From the NCBI GenBank assembly GCA_019322815.1, contig JAHWIB010000001.1, positions 154-64,153 on the forward strand: a stretch of DNA of 64,000 bases, in the 5' to 3' direction. This stretch comes from Candidatus Woesearchaeota archaeon (GTDB taxonomy: Archaea > Nanobdellota > Nanobdellia > Woesearchaeales > WJKL01). The notes below the pieces were generated by a model, which was given only the letters and a program-made list of their open reading frames with translations, was not told where the DNA came from and did not search any database. A program made the position numbers and the translations under genes. This document shows positions 19,886-29,422 of this stretch, piece by piece (position 1 is the stretch's first letter; each line of letters starts with the position of its first letter).

Positions 19886-20658
19886 TTTTTTTCTTCTTTT
19901 CTAAAACTAACTATTCCTTTTTTCTTTTCCATATATCTTGTTACTTTGTCAATGCTGTTTTCTAATATTTTCTCAGCTTCTTTATAATTAGGAGCATTTA
20001 CAATAACATTATAATCTCCTGCCCCTCTATATGTTACATCAATATTTTCACCAACTGCTTTTTTCAAAGCTGCTTTTACAATATCAATGCCATCAGGATC
20101 ATAAGATACTAATTTTAATACTCCTTTGATACAAACTTCAGGAGGCTTGATTCTTTCTTTGACAATCTCTGTCACTTCTTCAGCTAATTCTTCTTCAACA
20201 CCTAATTTTTTTAAGCCTGTTTTTCCAATGATAATATCATTGAAACATTCATGAAGATATTCATATTTTTCAAAAACCTTGTTGCCTATTTTATCATACA
20301 GCTCTTTAACATCAATATTTAGATTTTTAGCAATTCCTTCAATTATTTTCTCAGCTTTTTGCTCTTGTTTTATCTCATTAGTCTTCTTTCTCTTCTGCCC
20401 TTCATTGACTCTTCTTAAGCTTAAGTCAATATGCTCTTTTTTCTTGTCAATTTTCAGAACTTTGCAGACAATCTTTTTCCCCTCAACAACATAATCCCTT
20501 ATATTCCTGATTCTTCCAGGGCTAACTTCAGAAATATGGATCATTCCTGTTTTGTCATATTCATCCAGCTTGGCAAAAACAGAATGGCCGTGAACAGCAG
20601 TTACAGTACAGAGAACCAGCTCATCATCATCTGGAAAACCTTCTTTTTTATAGAGCAT
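19882..20658 (-). CDS. eif2a: Translation initiation factor 2 alpha subunit (aIF2-alpha)
   Basis: N-terminal S1 domain (GFPDDDELVLCTVTAVHGHSVFAKLDEY...GMIHISEVS.GRIRNIRDYV). 258 aa. Confidence 0.85.
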   Translation of the reverse strand: MLYKKEGFPDDDELVLCTVTAVHGHSVFAKLDEYDKTGMIHISEVSPGRIRNIRDYVVEGKKIVCKVLKIDKKKEHIDLSLRRVNEGQKRKKTNEIKQEQKAEKIIEGIAKNLNIDVKELYDKIGNKVFEKYEYLHECFNDIIIGKTGLKKLGVEEELAEEVTEIVKERIKPPEVCIKGVLKLVSYDPDGIDIVKAALKKAVGENIDVTYRGAGDYNVIVNAPNYKEAEKILENSIDKVTRYMEKKKGIVSFRKEEKK

Positions 20659-20850
20659 CTATTCTAAAACCTCCAAAATCCTTGATTTTATCCTGCTTTT
20701 TCCGCCGCTTGGCTCTGCCAATACCTTTCCGCAAACAAGACATTTGATATCTAAAGCAGCTTTTCCAAATATAATCTGCTCATTCTTGCATTTAGGGCAT
20801 CTTACTTTTATGAATTTGCTTGATGTTTCTCTTATTTTAATCCCCTCCAA
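20659..20850 (-). CDS. rps27e: Ribosomal protein S27e
   Basis: 63 aa. C4 zinc finger ([27 protein letters not shown]). It sits in the conserved L44e-S27e-aIF2alpha-Nop10 neighbourhood. Confidence 0.8.
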   Translation of the reverse strand: MEGIKIRETSSKFIKVRCPKCKNEQIIFGKAALDIKCLVCGKVLAEPSGGKSRIKSRILEVLE

Positions 20851-20984
20851 TTTATGTTAAAATAAAATTAAAAACAATTGTTTATATATAAAGGTTTGTT
20901 TCTTATAATACTTATTTTCCAACTCTTTTTTGGAATTAAAATAAAACAAGAAACTTTAAATAAATCATTCAATTTGAATAAATT

Positions 20985-22052
20985 ATGCATTCAATAAGTC
21001 TTTGCATGATTACTAAAAATGAAGAAAGATTTCTAAAACAATGTCTCGATTCTATAAAAGATATTGTAGATGAAATAATAATAGTGGATACAGGAAGTAC
21101 AGATAAAACAAAAGAAGTTGCTGCTAAATTTACAAATAAAATTTATGATTTTAAATGGTGTAATGATTTTTCAGCAGCAAGGAATGAGTCATTAAAATAT
21201 GCAAAAGGAGACTGGATTTTAGTGTTAGACGCAGATGAAACAATTGCTGAAAGAGACCATTCTAAAATTAAAAAAGCAATTAATTTTACAGAGATAGTTG
21301 GATTTTCATTAATTCAAAGAAATTATATGGATGAATCCCGTGAAACTGGATGGATTTCTTCCAAAGATGATGACTATATTGAAAGTAAGATAGCAGCAGG
21401 ATGGGTGCCAGCAAAGCCTGTTAGACTTTTTAAAAATAATAAAAATATTTTTTATGAAGGATTAGTTCATGAATCAGTAAATAATTCTTTAATAAAATTG
21501 GGAAAGATAGCTCACTTAGATATACCCATCCATCACTATGGAAAATTGAATCAAGACAAAGTAAATAAAAAGGGCGTGTTATATGAAAAAATTGGCAAGG
21601 ATAAAATCAAAAGAGAAAAAGACTTTTATTCTTATTTTGAACTTGCAAAACAGTATGTTGCTAATAGAAAATTAACTGAAGCAGTGCATAATTTAGAAAA
21701 ATCAATTGAATTAAAACAAGACTATTTTGAAAGCTGGTATTTGCTAGGAAGCATTTATTTATTAATCAATGATTTAGATAACGCCTTAAGCAAATTAAAA
21801 AGAGCTCAAGCATTAAACCATGCTTTTGCTCCAATTTATGCAAACCTAGGAGTCATTTATGCAAAAAAGAAAGAATTCAAGAAAGCAGTCAAGAATTTTA
21901 TTAAGGCATTAAAATTAAATCCAAAGGACGCCACAGCATATAAAAATCTCGGAATGTGTTTTGATGAGCTAGGAAATAAACAAAAGGCTTATTCTTGTTT
22001 TAAGAAAGCTATAGAATTAGACCCAAAATATAAAGAAAAGATAAAATTGTAA
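20985..22052 (+). CDS. Family-2 glycosyltransferase with C-terminal TPR repeats
   Basis: GT2 motifs (SLCMITKNEERFL...IIVDTGSTDKT...LVLDADE) are followed by TPR-like repeats (WYLLGSIYLL...YANLGVIYAKKKEFKKAVKNFIKALKLNP). Confidence 0.75.
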   Translation: MHSISLCMITKNEERFLKQCLDSIKDIVDEIIIVDTGSTDKTKEVAAKFTNKIYDFKWCNDFSAARNESLKYAKGDWILVLDADETIAERDHSKIKKAINFTEIVGFSLIQRNYMDESRETGWISSKDDDYIESKIAAGWVPAKPVRLFKNNKNIFYEGLVHESVNNSLIKLGKIAHLDIPIHHYGKLNQDKVNKKGVLYEKIGKDKIKREKDFYSYFELAKQYVANRKLTEAVHNLEKSIELKQDYFESWYLLGSIYLLINDLDNALSKLKRAQALNHAFAPIYANLGVIYAKKKEFKKAVKNFIKALKLNPKDATAYKNLGMCFDELGNKQKAYSCFKKAIELDPKYKEKIKL

Positions 22053-22061
22053 ATCCAAGAA

Positions 22062-22379
22062 CTATTTAAATTCAACTCTCTTTGTTCTAAAACCTTTTCT
22101 TTGAGTAGTGGTTTTATTGCATTCCTTGCAGGTATATCTTAAATCAGTTTTCTTGCTTGTCTTCTTGCCGTATCTTTTCCAGCTGCTTAAAGCTCCTTTG
22201 CTTAATTTTCCAACATTGCCGTATCCTCTGCCTTCTCCTCTTAGTTTCATTCTCTTTTTGCTGCCTTTGCTCATAGGATGAACACTGCTTGGAGTCTTTC
22301 TCTTAGCTGCACTGACCTTTTGCTCAGTATGCTTTTTACATTTAGGACAATACCTTTTGACTAGTTTAGGAAATTTCAT
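22062..22379 (-). CDS. rpl44e: Ribosomal protein L44e (eL42)
   Basis: 105 aa. CxxC...CxxC zinc ribbon (YCPKCKKHTEQKV...YTCKECNKTT) on a highly basic protein. Confidence 0.8.
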   Translation of the reverse strand: MKFPKLVKRYCPKCKKHTEQKVSAAKRKTPSSVHPMSKGSKKRMKLRGEGRGYGNVGKLSKGALSSWKRYGKKTSKKTDLRYTCKECNKTTTQRKGFRTKRVEFK

Positions 22380-22431
22380 TTTTTATATCCGCCTTATTTT
22401 ATTATCAGAATTTTGTCAGTATTTAAAAGTC

Positions 22432-23103
22432 TTACTCTTTTTTAGCCATTTCCTCTGCTCTTTGCTTGGAAATCAATACATCAGCAATCTCAACAGGCAG
22501 GTTAGCAATATCTTCTTTCTCAAAAGGCCCATATTCCTGCAGGTCAGTCCCAACGAATTTCGGCACAGCATACAGGAATCTGATTAATTTTTGGGTTTTA
22601 GTCTCTTCATCCTCTTCTTTTGCTTCTTGATTTAATTCCTCTTTAGCATCCTTTTCTTCTTCAGTTTTTTCTATTAAAGGAATCTTACCTTCTAATATAT
22701 TATACAAAACACCTTTTCTATTGTTATTCAAAACCTTAACTAGATAATCAAAAAGCTCTTTTTCTTCTTTTAACATAGCAGAAGTATCAATGATCTCTGA
22801 ATTTAAAGCACCCATACTCATCCTAGACATATCTAAAGCCATATTCATGATCTTTTTCTCTCTTTTTTCATAAAATTCTTTTAGGATATTTTTGATATTT
22901 TCAAGCTGTGATTCAGCTTTTCTTCTTTCTTCAGCAGCAAATATATCATTTTTAGGAAGATTTAATGCAGCCTGCTTTTCTTTTAAGTAATCTACAACAT
23001 CTGAAAAGAAGTTATTGTCAAGTTTTTGCAGCTCTTCTCTTGTTTTTTCTCTTCTTAATAATTCAAATAAAGTTTCATAAGTTATATTAATTTCCTTATT
23101 CAT
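22432..23103 (-). CDS. Probable GINS subunit (Gins51/Gins15-like)
   Basis: 223 aa. The N-terminal pattern YETLFELLRREKTREELQKLDNNFFSDVVDYLKEK resembles the A-domain start of archaeal Gins51. The assignment is by pattern only. Confidence 0.35.
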   Translation of the reverse strand: MNKEINITYETLFELLRREKTREELQKLDNNFFSDVVDYLKEKQAALNLPKNDIFAAEERRKAESQLENIKNILKEFYEKREKKIMNMALDMSRMSMGALNSEIIDTSAMLKEEKELFDYLVKVLNNNRKGVLYNILEGKIPLIEKTEEEKDAKEELNQEAKEEDEETKTQKLIRFLYAVPKFVGTDLQEYGPFEKEDIANLPVEIADVLISKQRAEEMAKKE

Positions 23104-23196
23104 TTAAGCCCCCTATTCTTGCAAAACACCAGCAATATTTAAAGTTTTATATGATAAAAACATAACTTTTTTAAAATATACATCTTAAAAATCCTT

Positions 23197-24399
23197 ATGG
23201 CAAAATTAATATTTGAAGATCTGTCATTTGAACAGGAAAAACAAAGAATAAAAGTGAATTTCCTTAATATATTCTATTTTTATCTGGATAATACTGAGCT
23301 AGAAAAGACTGCAAAATTTAACGTAAACAAAAATTCAATCAGTTTCCAGGGTATTTCAGAACAAAAAGCAAAAAACAAATTTAATCAGCTGTTAAATAAA
23401 GGATTTCAAAACCTTAAAAATAAAATAACTGGCCAAAAAACAATTTATATCCATCAAAATTCTGAAATTCCTCTGATTGGCCATAATGCATTTGGCTTAA
23501 TTGATAGGAATACATCAATAATTGAAGTCAGAGCAATAACTGGATGCAATCTGGACTGTATATACTGTTCTGTTACACAAGACCTGAGACCAATTGATTT
23601 TGTTATTGAAAAAGATTATTTAGTCAAAGAATTCAAAAAACTTGTTGAATTTAAGGATATAAATGATATTGAAGCGCATATAGGGACTCAAGGCGAGCCT
23701 TTGCTCTATAAGCCATTGCCAGAATTAATAAAAGGTTTATCTGATATACAGCAAGTATCAACAATAGCATTAGATACAAATGGAACATTATTAACAAAAC
23801 AAAAAGTAGATGAATTAGTTGATGCAGGATTAACTAGATTCTGTTTTTCAATAAATGCATTAAACCAAGAATTAGCTCAAAAAATAGCTGGCAGTGCTTA
23901 TAACCTAAATCATATTCTTGATATTTTAAAGTATATCTCAAAAAAAGAATGTGAATTAATATTAACTCCTGTCTGGATTCCTGGAATAAATGACCAGGAA
24001 ATTCCAAAACTTCTTGAATTAAGCAAAGAATTAGGATGCAATATTGGCATCCAGAACTTCTTGAATTACAGATTTGGAAAAAATCCAGTAAAACAGATGT
24101 CCTGGCAATTATTTATCAAAAAGATGAAAGAATTGGAGGAAAAATATGATAAAAAACTATTATTTGATTTTAAGCAGGATTTCAATATAAAACCAACAAA
24201 ACCTCTTCCAAAGCCTTTTAAAAAAGGCCAAATCATCAAGACAAAGATATTATTGCCAGGCAGATTAAAGGATGAAAAACTGGCAGTAGAAAAACAAAGA
24301 ATAATATCAATCCCTAATTGTGATGCTCAAATAGGCCAGACAGTTAAATTAAAGATAATAAGAACAAAGCACAATATCTTTTTTGCAGTTTTAATCTGA
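23197..24399 (+). CDS. Radical SAM protein with a C-terminal TRAM-like domain
   Basis: CxxxCxxC cluster (ITGCNLDCIYCSVTQD). The C-terminal beta-rich segment (GQTVKLKIIRTKHNIFFAV) resembles a TRAM domain. Confidence 0.6.
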   Translation: MAKLIFEDLSFEQEKQRIKVNFLNIFYFYLDNTELEKTAKFNVNKNSISFQGISEQKAKNKFNQLLNKGFQNLKNKITGQKTIYIHQNSEIPLIGHNAFGLIDRNTSIIEVRAITGCNLDCIYCSVTQDLRPIDFVIEKDYLVKEFKKLVEFKDINDIEAHIGTQGEPLLYKPLPELIKGLSDIQQVSTIALDTNGTLLTKQKVDELVDAGLTRFCFSINALNQELAQKIAGSAYNLNHILDILKYISKKECELILTPVWIPGINDQEIPKLLELSKELGCNIGIQNFLNYRFGKNPVKQMSWQLFIKKMKELEEKYDKKLLFDFKQDFNIKPTKPLPKPFKKGQIIKTKILLPGRLKDEKLAVEKQRIISIPNCDAQIGQTVKLKIIRTKHNIFFAVLI

Positions 24400-24912
24400 T
24401 TTTCTAATGATTATATTAGATATACTAGGCTCGATTACTTCCATTTCTTGTCCACTCAGATTAAGATTTTCATAATTAGTAACAGCTAAAGTTGACATCC
24501 TTGTGTCAAAAGCAGTCATTCCAGCTAAAAACAAGGCTATTTTTCCATTGCCATATTCATATATCTTGATCCTTCCTTTTCCAACTTCAAAACCTTCCAG
24601 ACAGTTTGAAGGGTATCCCATCAATTTAGCTGCAACAGAATTAATACAAGGGCCCCCTACAACAACTAAATTTTGAGCATAGATATCATCAATATCCTTA
24701 TCTAACATACTTTCAATTCTTATCCCATTCTGAACTAAAGTAACTGCTACATTTATGGCTCCAGCCATATCCTCTGCTTTTGCAGCGCTTCCAATCACAA
24801 TAGTTGCCCTTTTTCCTAAAAATATATCTGGAAATTCGCTTAAATCATATGCAAAAACAGTTGAAACTAATAATAATACTGCAATAATCCATATAAACCC
24901 CTTCTTTATCAT
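24391..24912 (-). CDS. Secreted protein consisting of an S-layer-family C-type domain only (173 aa)
   Basis: Signal peptide. The motif NLVVVGGPCINSVAAKLMG...GKGRIKIYEYGNGKIALFLAGMTAFDTRMSTLAVTNYENLNLSG is shared with the C-terminus of the 808-aa S-layer-like protein and with a segment of the giant LamG protein. Confidence 0.5.
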   Translation of the reverse strand: MIKKGFIWIIAVLLLVSTVFAYDLSEFPDIFLGKRATIVIGSAAKAEDMAGAINVAVTLVQNGIRIESMLDKDIDDIYAQNLVVVGGPCINSVAAKLMGYPSNCLEGFEVGKGRIKIYEYGNGKIALFLAGMTAFDTRMSTLAVTNYENLNLSGQEMEVIEPSISNIIIRKSD

Positions 24913-24982
24913 CTCAATCTGTCTATTCTAACTCTATTTATAAAATTTTCTATGATTTGTTGTCTTTTAGAAGTTCAAAAGA

Positions 24983-25417
24983 TTAAGATAAGGCCTCAAT
25001 TAAATCTTTCATTCTTTCTAGAAAATCCTGCGCTATCTTTAAATCATATTCGGCAGTTTCCTTTGAGTAAACATAATGGTAATCAGCATCCTCTCTTGAA
25101 GAAATAGCCGCATTAAACTCATTAACATATTTTGATTCCAGCTTGCCATTTTTATTTAGATCCTCAAGAACAACGCCTACTGCAAAATGCCTTTTTTCTT
25201 TTAAGCCTAATTTAAATAACACAGCCCTTGCTGCATGAAAAATGCAGTAATAACTTTTGATTATTGCCCACTTATAATCTTCATCTTCAAAGGCCTTCTT
25301 GGCTTTTTCTAAATCATACTCAGCTTCAGAAAATTCCTTTTCTATCAAATCTTTGTCTGGCTTTGTTTTTGCCAAAAAATTTTTTTCCAGACACTCTTTT
25401 ATATCCATAAAAATCAC
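24983..25417 (-). CDS. HEPN domain protein (toxin of the HEPN/MNT pair)
   Basis: 144 aa. HEPN pattern (DYKWAIIKSYYCIFHAARAVLFKLGLKEKRH). It lies immediately downstream of the MNT gene. Confidence 0.7.
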   Translation of the reverse strand: MIFMDIKECLEKNFLAKTKPDKDLIEKEFSEAEYDLEKAKKAFEDEDYKWAIIKSYYCIFHAARAVLFKLGLKEKRHFAVGVVLEDLNKNGKLESKYVNEFNAAISSREDADYHYVYSKETAEYDLKIAQDFLERMKDLIEALS

Positions 25418-25435
25418 TTTGTAATTTTTTATTTT

Positions 25436-25984
25436 TTAAATTAATATCTTGTCTTTTTCTACCCTTTCATAAAATGCTTTATCCTTTTCTGCCATCGCAG
25501 ACCATTGAAGCGGAGAAAAAATGCTTATGCTGATTCTTCTTTTAATCTTTTCAGAAAGAAGATTAATATCTTGGATAATATCCTCTTTTTTTGTCTTTCC
25601 AATAACAAGCAGGTCAATGTCGCTGTCTTCAGTATCCTCCCCTCTTGCTGAGCTCCCATACAAATAAATTTGTATATTCCTTTTTTTAGAAAGCTCTTTT
25701 ATTTTTTCAAGCTTTAAAATATTATTCAGGGATTTAAGATGCTTTATTATGCTGTTTTCCCTGTTTAAAATATATTTTTTTGGGAATTTCTGTTTTTTAA
25801 CTATCAGCTCTTTTTTTTCTAGCATATCCAGCCATTTTATTAAGGTATTTTTAGCCATTTTTAGTTTTTCTTTAAGCTCTTTCTGAGAAACTTCTGAGGT
25901 TGGGTGCTCTAAAAAAAAGAAAAATAATCTTACAAAATTCTTTTCTCCAAAAAGTTCATTTAATTGTGTCATTTTGTTTAACAT
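25436..25984 (-). CDS. Minimal nucleotidyltransferase (MNT) fused to an N-terminal winged-helix domain (antitoxin of the HEPN/MNT pair)
   Basis: Nucleotidyltransferase motif (IYLYGSSARGEDTEDSDIDLLVIG). A wHTH-like domain precedes it. Confidence 0.7.
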   Translation of the reverse strand: MLNKMTQLNELFGEKNFVRLFFFFLEHPTSEVSQKELKEKLKMAKNTLIKWLDMLEKKELIVKKQKFPKKYILNRENSIIKHLKSLNNILKLEKIKELSKKRNIQIYLYGSSARGEDTEDSDIDLLVIGKTKKEDIIQDINLLSEKIKRRISISIFSPLQWSAMAEKDKAFYERVEKDKILI

Positions 25985-26173
25985 TTTGGTATATTGTTCA
26001 ACTATTTAAACCTTTTGGTTCAATAAGTTGAACTATTGTATATAAACTATTTCTGCTCAAATCAATCTAAATAAGATTTTTCTAAACTTGATTGGATTCT
26101 TTAAAATTATGCTTTTAATAAAATTAAAGAACAAGAAAAACAAAAAAAAAAGAAAAAAAAGTTTTTAGCTTTT

Positions 26174-28600
26174 TTAACTGCTTACAGCTCTAACTGTCTG
26201 TGGTGTTGCAGTTGTACCAAGTACTTCTACTTCGTCTCCACTTAAGTCATAGCTCTGATAATCTTTCAGAACTCTTGTTGCTCTTGTGGTGTCTAAAGCA
26301 GTCATACCAGCAACTACCATAGCTACATTTCCGTTCATCTCTTTTACAAGGATTCTACCAACTCCTTCTTCGAATCCATCTGCGCAGCCTGGCCATGATG
26401 TTCCAGAACCAAGTACTTTAGCTGTAGCCCTGTTTGCACATGGACCGCCAACTAATAGATAATTGTTCCTGTTCATAGCTGGGTCAACTGTTAATACATC
26501 ATCGTCTGATTTAGCCAATGGTATTGTTACTTTTTGAAGCACAGCTCCACCAACAGATCCAACAATAGTTGCTCTGACTTCTCCGCTTGTAACGAATGCC
26601 TGTCCAACCAATTGTTCAGATGGCCAGTCAATCTCTACTTTATCAGGACCGCTGCTTTCATCTGTAACTGTTACTTTTGCACCGTATACAGTCATCTGAG
26701 TGCTTACATCATTGTCATCAGGGTCTGTTATCAAGCTTCCAGTAGTTATAGTATCTACATCAATAGCTATTTCATCTTCATTCTCATTTAATGTTAGATT
26801 AATCCAAGACTGGACATCGCTTTCAACCATTCCAGATGGGTCTGCTTCTGTTATTCTAACTTGAACGGTACTATTATCACCACCAGGTTGAGCTATTAGT
26901 ATCAATGCATCTCCATCAGTTACTAGATATCCTTCAGTTGCTCCTCCGCTGATGCTGATATTAAAGTCATCATCTTCAGTAGCATCTGATTTGTTAACAA
27001 TTGTAAATTCTTGTCCGCCTAATGTCAATGTTGCTTGACCTGTAGCTTTGTTAAAGCTTCTTTCAATTGGGTCTGAGTCACCTGCTAGGTTATCAAAATT
27101 CAATGTTGCTGTTGCACTAGATCCAGAGTTGTCAGCTCCTTTGTATTGCAATACATAGGATTTTTCTCCTTCATCAGGCACGCCAGTTCCAGTTGATAAG
27201 AAGAAAAATTGGTCCTTTTCTACTAATGTTCCTCTTGTCAATACTAATCTGTCTGTTTCTTCTCCTAACCAGATAGTATTATCATCTGCATAAGCCACTG
27301 GTATGCTAACATCTCCATCAGCAACTTCTATATTCAATTCTGCTTGTTCATCTCCTGCAGGAATAAGTTCTATGCTTTCCATTGAAGCTGAAGTCATTCC
27401 TTCATATGCAATATCCCAATTTATCATTGCTTCTGGTTCATCTACTTTTTCAGAAAGCTTTTGTCCTGGTCCAAACCAATAGTCATCATCAGCTGTATAT
27501 ATCAGTTTAATGCTTTCAAATAGGAATTCTCCTGAAGCATCAACACTTGCAGCAAGGTCTACTTCTACTTCATCCATTGTTTCATCTCCTACTTCCATAT
27601 CTCCAAAGTCTGCTCTGTCAGATATGTTAGGATCTTGTAAAACAATTTTATCAGCTCCTAAGTAGAATTCTATCATATCAGCTGTAACTTCTCCTGCTTC
27701 TTCTTCAAGGATTTCTCTTACTCCAATATCTGTATCATCAGCTAATGTATAAGTATCTCCTTCTACCATTGAATCTGTTGTTTCTCCATTGATCTTAAAC
27801 TTACAAGTTGATTCTGTTAACCCACCAATATAAGTTACTTCAACTTCATAGTCTTTGCCATCTAATGTGTAGGTCTTTACCTGGCCTTGTTCCATTGTAT
27901 CCAGTAAAGCTCCACCCATCATTGTTAATTCCAATGCATAGTTGTCAGTACTTAGTTCTGTCTTTGTCATAGTATAATCAATACCAAGTATCTTTATTGT
28001 CTGGTCTTCAAAATCTTCTAGTTCTCCATCATCAACATCAGATTCTGCAGATGTTGTAAATGTCAATGTGTAGTTCAATATTTCCATGTCATCATCTAAT
28101 GTCAAGAATGTACTAACTACATCTTCATCTGTGTCTTCTTCATAGCTTAAAACTACATTTCCAGAGAATCTCATTTCTTGCTCATAATCAGCATCATTCT
28201 TTGCTGTAAAAGTTCCATCAGCCAGAGCATTTAATTCATCCTCTGTGATAGTACTTTGTATACTTGATAGACTCTCTCCTAGCTCTAATAATTTAGAACT
28301 TGTTTCAGCTTTCCAGCTGTCACCTTCTATAGCAACTTCGTCTCCACCCTCTACAGTAACTCCTGTTTCAACAACAGAAATAGCTGCTACAGCATCAACA
28401 AGACCCATTATATCGCTTGGATCTGCGTTAACGCCATATACAATATCTGCGTCAAATGTTGTGTCCTTTATAAGCAACGGGCTTGGAAAATCAGCTAAAT
28501 TAGCTGCCATTGCTCCCATGATTGTTGCTCCAAGCATGGTAGCACCTGTTGCTAAGGCTATAATCTTTTTTATAGCTCGCATTTGTCTAAACACCTCCAC
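26174..28600 (-). CDS. S-layer-family surface (glyco)protein (808 aa, acidic)
   Basis: Signal peptide, an N-terminal S-layer-like motif (IVYGVNADPSDIMGLVDAVAAI) and the C-terminal domain (YLLVGGPCANRATAKVLG...GVGRILVKEMNGNVAMVVAGMTALDTTRATRVL). It is followed upstream by an AT-rich leader of about 630 bp. Confidence 0.6.
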   Translation of the reverse strand: MEVFRQMRAIKKIIALATGATMLGATIMGAMAANLADFPSPLLIKDTTFDADIVYGVNADPSDIMGLVDAVAAISVVETGVTVEGGDEVAIEGDSWKAETSSKLLELGESLSSIQSTITEDELNALADGTFTAKNDADYEQEMRFSGNVVLSYEEDTDEDVVSTFLTLDDDMEILNYTLTFTTSAESDVDDGELEDFEDQTIKILGIDYTMTKTELSTDNYALELTMMGGALLDTMEQGQVKTYTLDGKDYEVEVTYIGGLTESTCKFKINGETTDSMVEGDTYTLADDTDIGVREILEEEAGEVTADMIEFYLGADKIVLQDPNISDRADFGDMEVGDETMDEVEVDLAASVDASGEFLFESIKLIYTADDDYWFGPGQKLSEKVDEPEAMINWDIAYEGMTSASMESIELIPAGDEQAELNIEVADGDVSIPVAYADDNTIWLGEETDRLVLTRGTLVEKDQFFFLSTGTGVPDEGEKSYVLQYKGADNSGSSATATLNFDNLAGDSDPIERSFNKATGQATLTLGGQEFTIVNKSDATEDDDFNISISGGATEGYLVTDGDALILIAQPGGDNSTVQVRITEADPSGMVESDVQSWINLTLNENEDEIAIDVDTITTGSLITDPDDNDVSTQMTVYGAKVTVTDESSGPDKVEIDWPSEQLVGQAFVTSGEVRATIVGSVGGAVLQKVTIPLAKSDDDVLTVDPAMNRNNYLLVGGPCANRATAKVLGSGTSWPGCADGFEEGVGRILVKEMNGNVAMVVAGMTALDTTRATRVLKDYQSYDLSGDEVEVLGTTATPQTVRAVSS

Positions 28601-29231
28601 GTGGTTGTTTGTTTTTTTTTGGGCTATCCTTATTTTGGACTATCTTTCCCAGCAAAAAGCTTTTTTGTATTTAAATTTTTTGCATATCCTTAGGATATAC
28701 TTCTCCCTAAAAGCTTTTACTAGTAATCTATCTAATTAATACTTTTCTTTATAAAGTTTTCGCAAACATGCTTTTATTGCCAGTTCTAGTATTATCAAAT
28801 TAGTCTATAACCTATAAATTTATCATTTTAAGGCAGTTATCACTTTAAAATAGAAAATATATCATTTACCGTCGATAACTAAATATCAAAAAATACTCCA
28901 ATATGTTGGTATAGAATTGTGGTTTTTTGTATACTGGTATATAGCAAAATTCAAGAAAATCACTAAAAATCACAAAATCAATAAAATTCCAATTCATTTA
29001 GTAATAATTTTGAAAATTTTAAAATAAAAATAAAGATAAATTTTTTTATTTTTACCTAATTTTAGAAGACAAGATTTACCAGATTATTTTATTCTTATAA
29101 TAATAAAATTTTAATTGTTTTATTCCAATCAAGCCTGTGATACTATTTTTGAGTAGTATTTTTAAAAATTTTAAAAAAAGCAAGAAAAAATTAGAAAAAA
29201 GAAACCCTAAAAATAATCTTTAGAAAATAAA

Positions 29232-29367
29232 TGAGGAGGTAGGGATTCGAACCCTAGTAGGCACTAAGCCAATAGGTGTCTTGCAATCACAGCTGTAAAG
29301 CTCATCACACCTGTGAAGTGACCTAAGCTTGGACTTTTTTGAAAATCTATCCCGTTTGGCCACTCCG
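29232..29367 (-). tRNA. Intron-containing tRNA (136 nt), isotype unresolved; class-II-like long variable arm possible
   Basis: The minus strand reads GAGGAGG-TG-CCGGAGTGGCCAAACGG...[middle region about 50-60 nt longer than a mature tRNA]...TAGGG-TTCGAAT-CCCTA-CCTCCTC-A. The 7-bp acceptor and T-arm are canonical. A possible variable-arm hairpin is GGC-TTAGT-GCC. Anticodon candidates are CTTAGGT (UAG) and GTCCAAG (CCA); neither could be confirmed. Confidence 0.5.
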
Positions 29368-29422
29368 GCACCTCCTCATAATTGAAAAAAAATAAAGAAA
29401 ATTATATAAAAATCTATCTATT

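Noticed and set aside
28601-29231. AT-rich 630-bp non-coding stretch with short AAAATCAC-like repeats, considered as a CRISPR array or leader
   Set aside because: There is no regular repeat-spacer periodicity. It is best explained as the promoter and leader region of the highly expressed S-layer-like gene.
29232-29367. Box C/D guide RNA embedded in the tRNA intron
   Set aside because: An exact box C (GUGAUGA) is present, but no CUGA box D or D' occurs anywhere in the element, so a canonical C/D sRNP is not supported.
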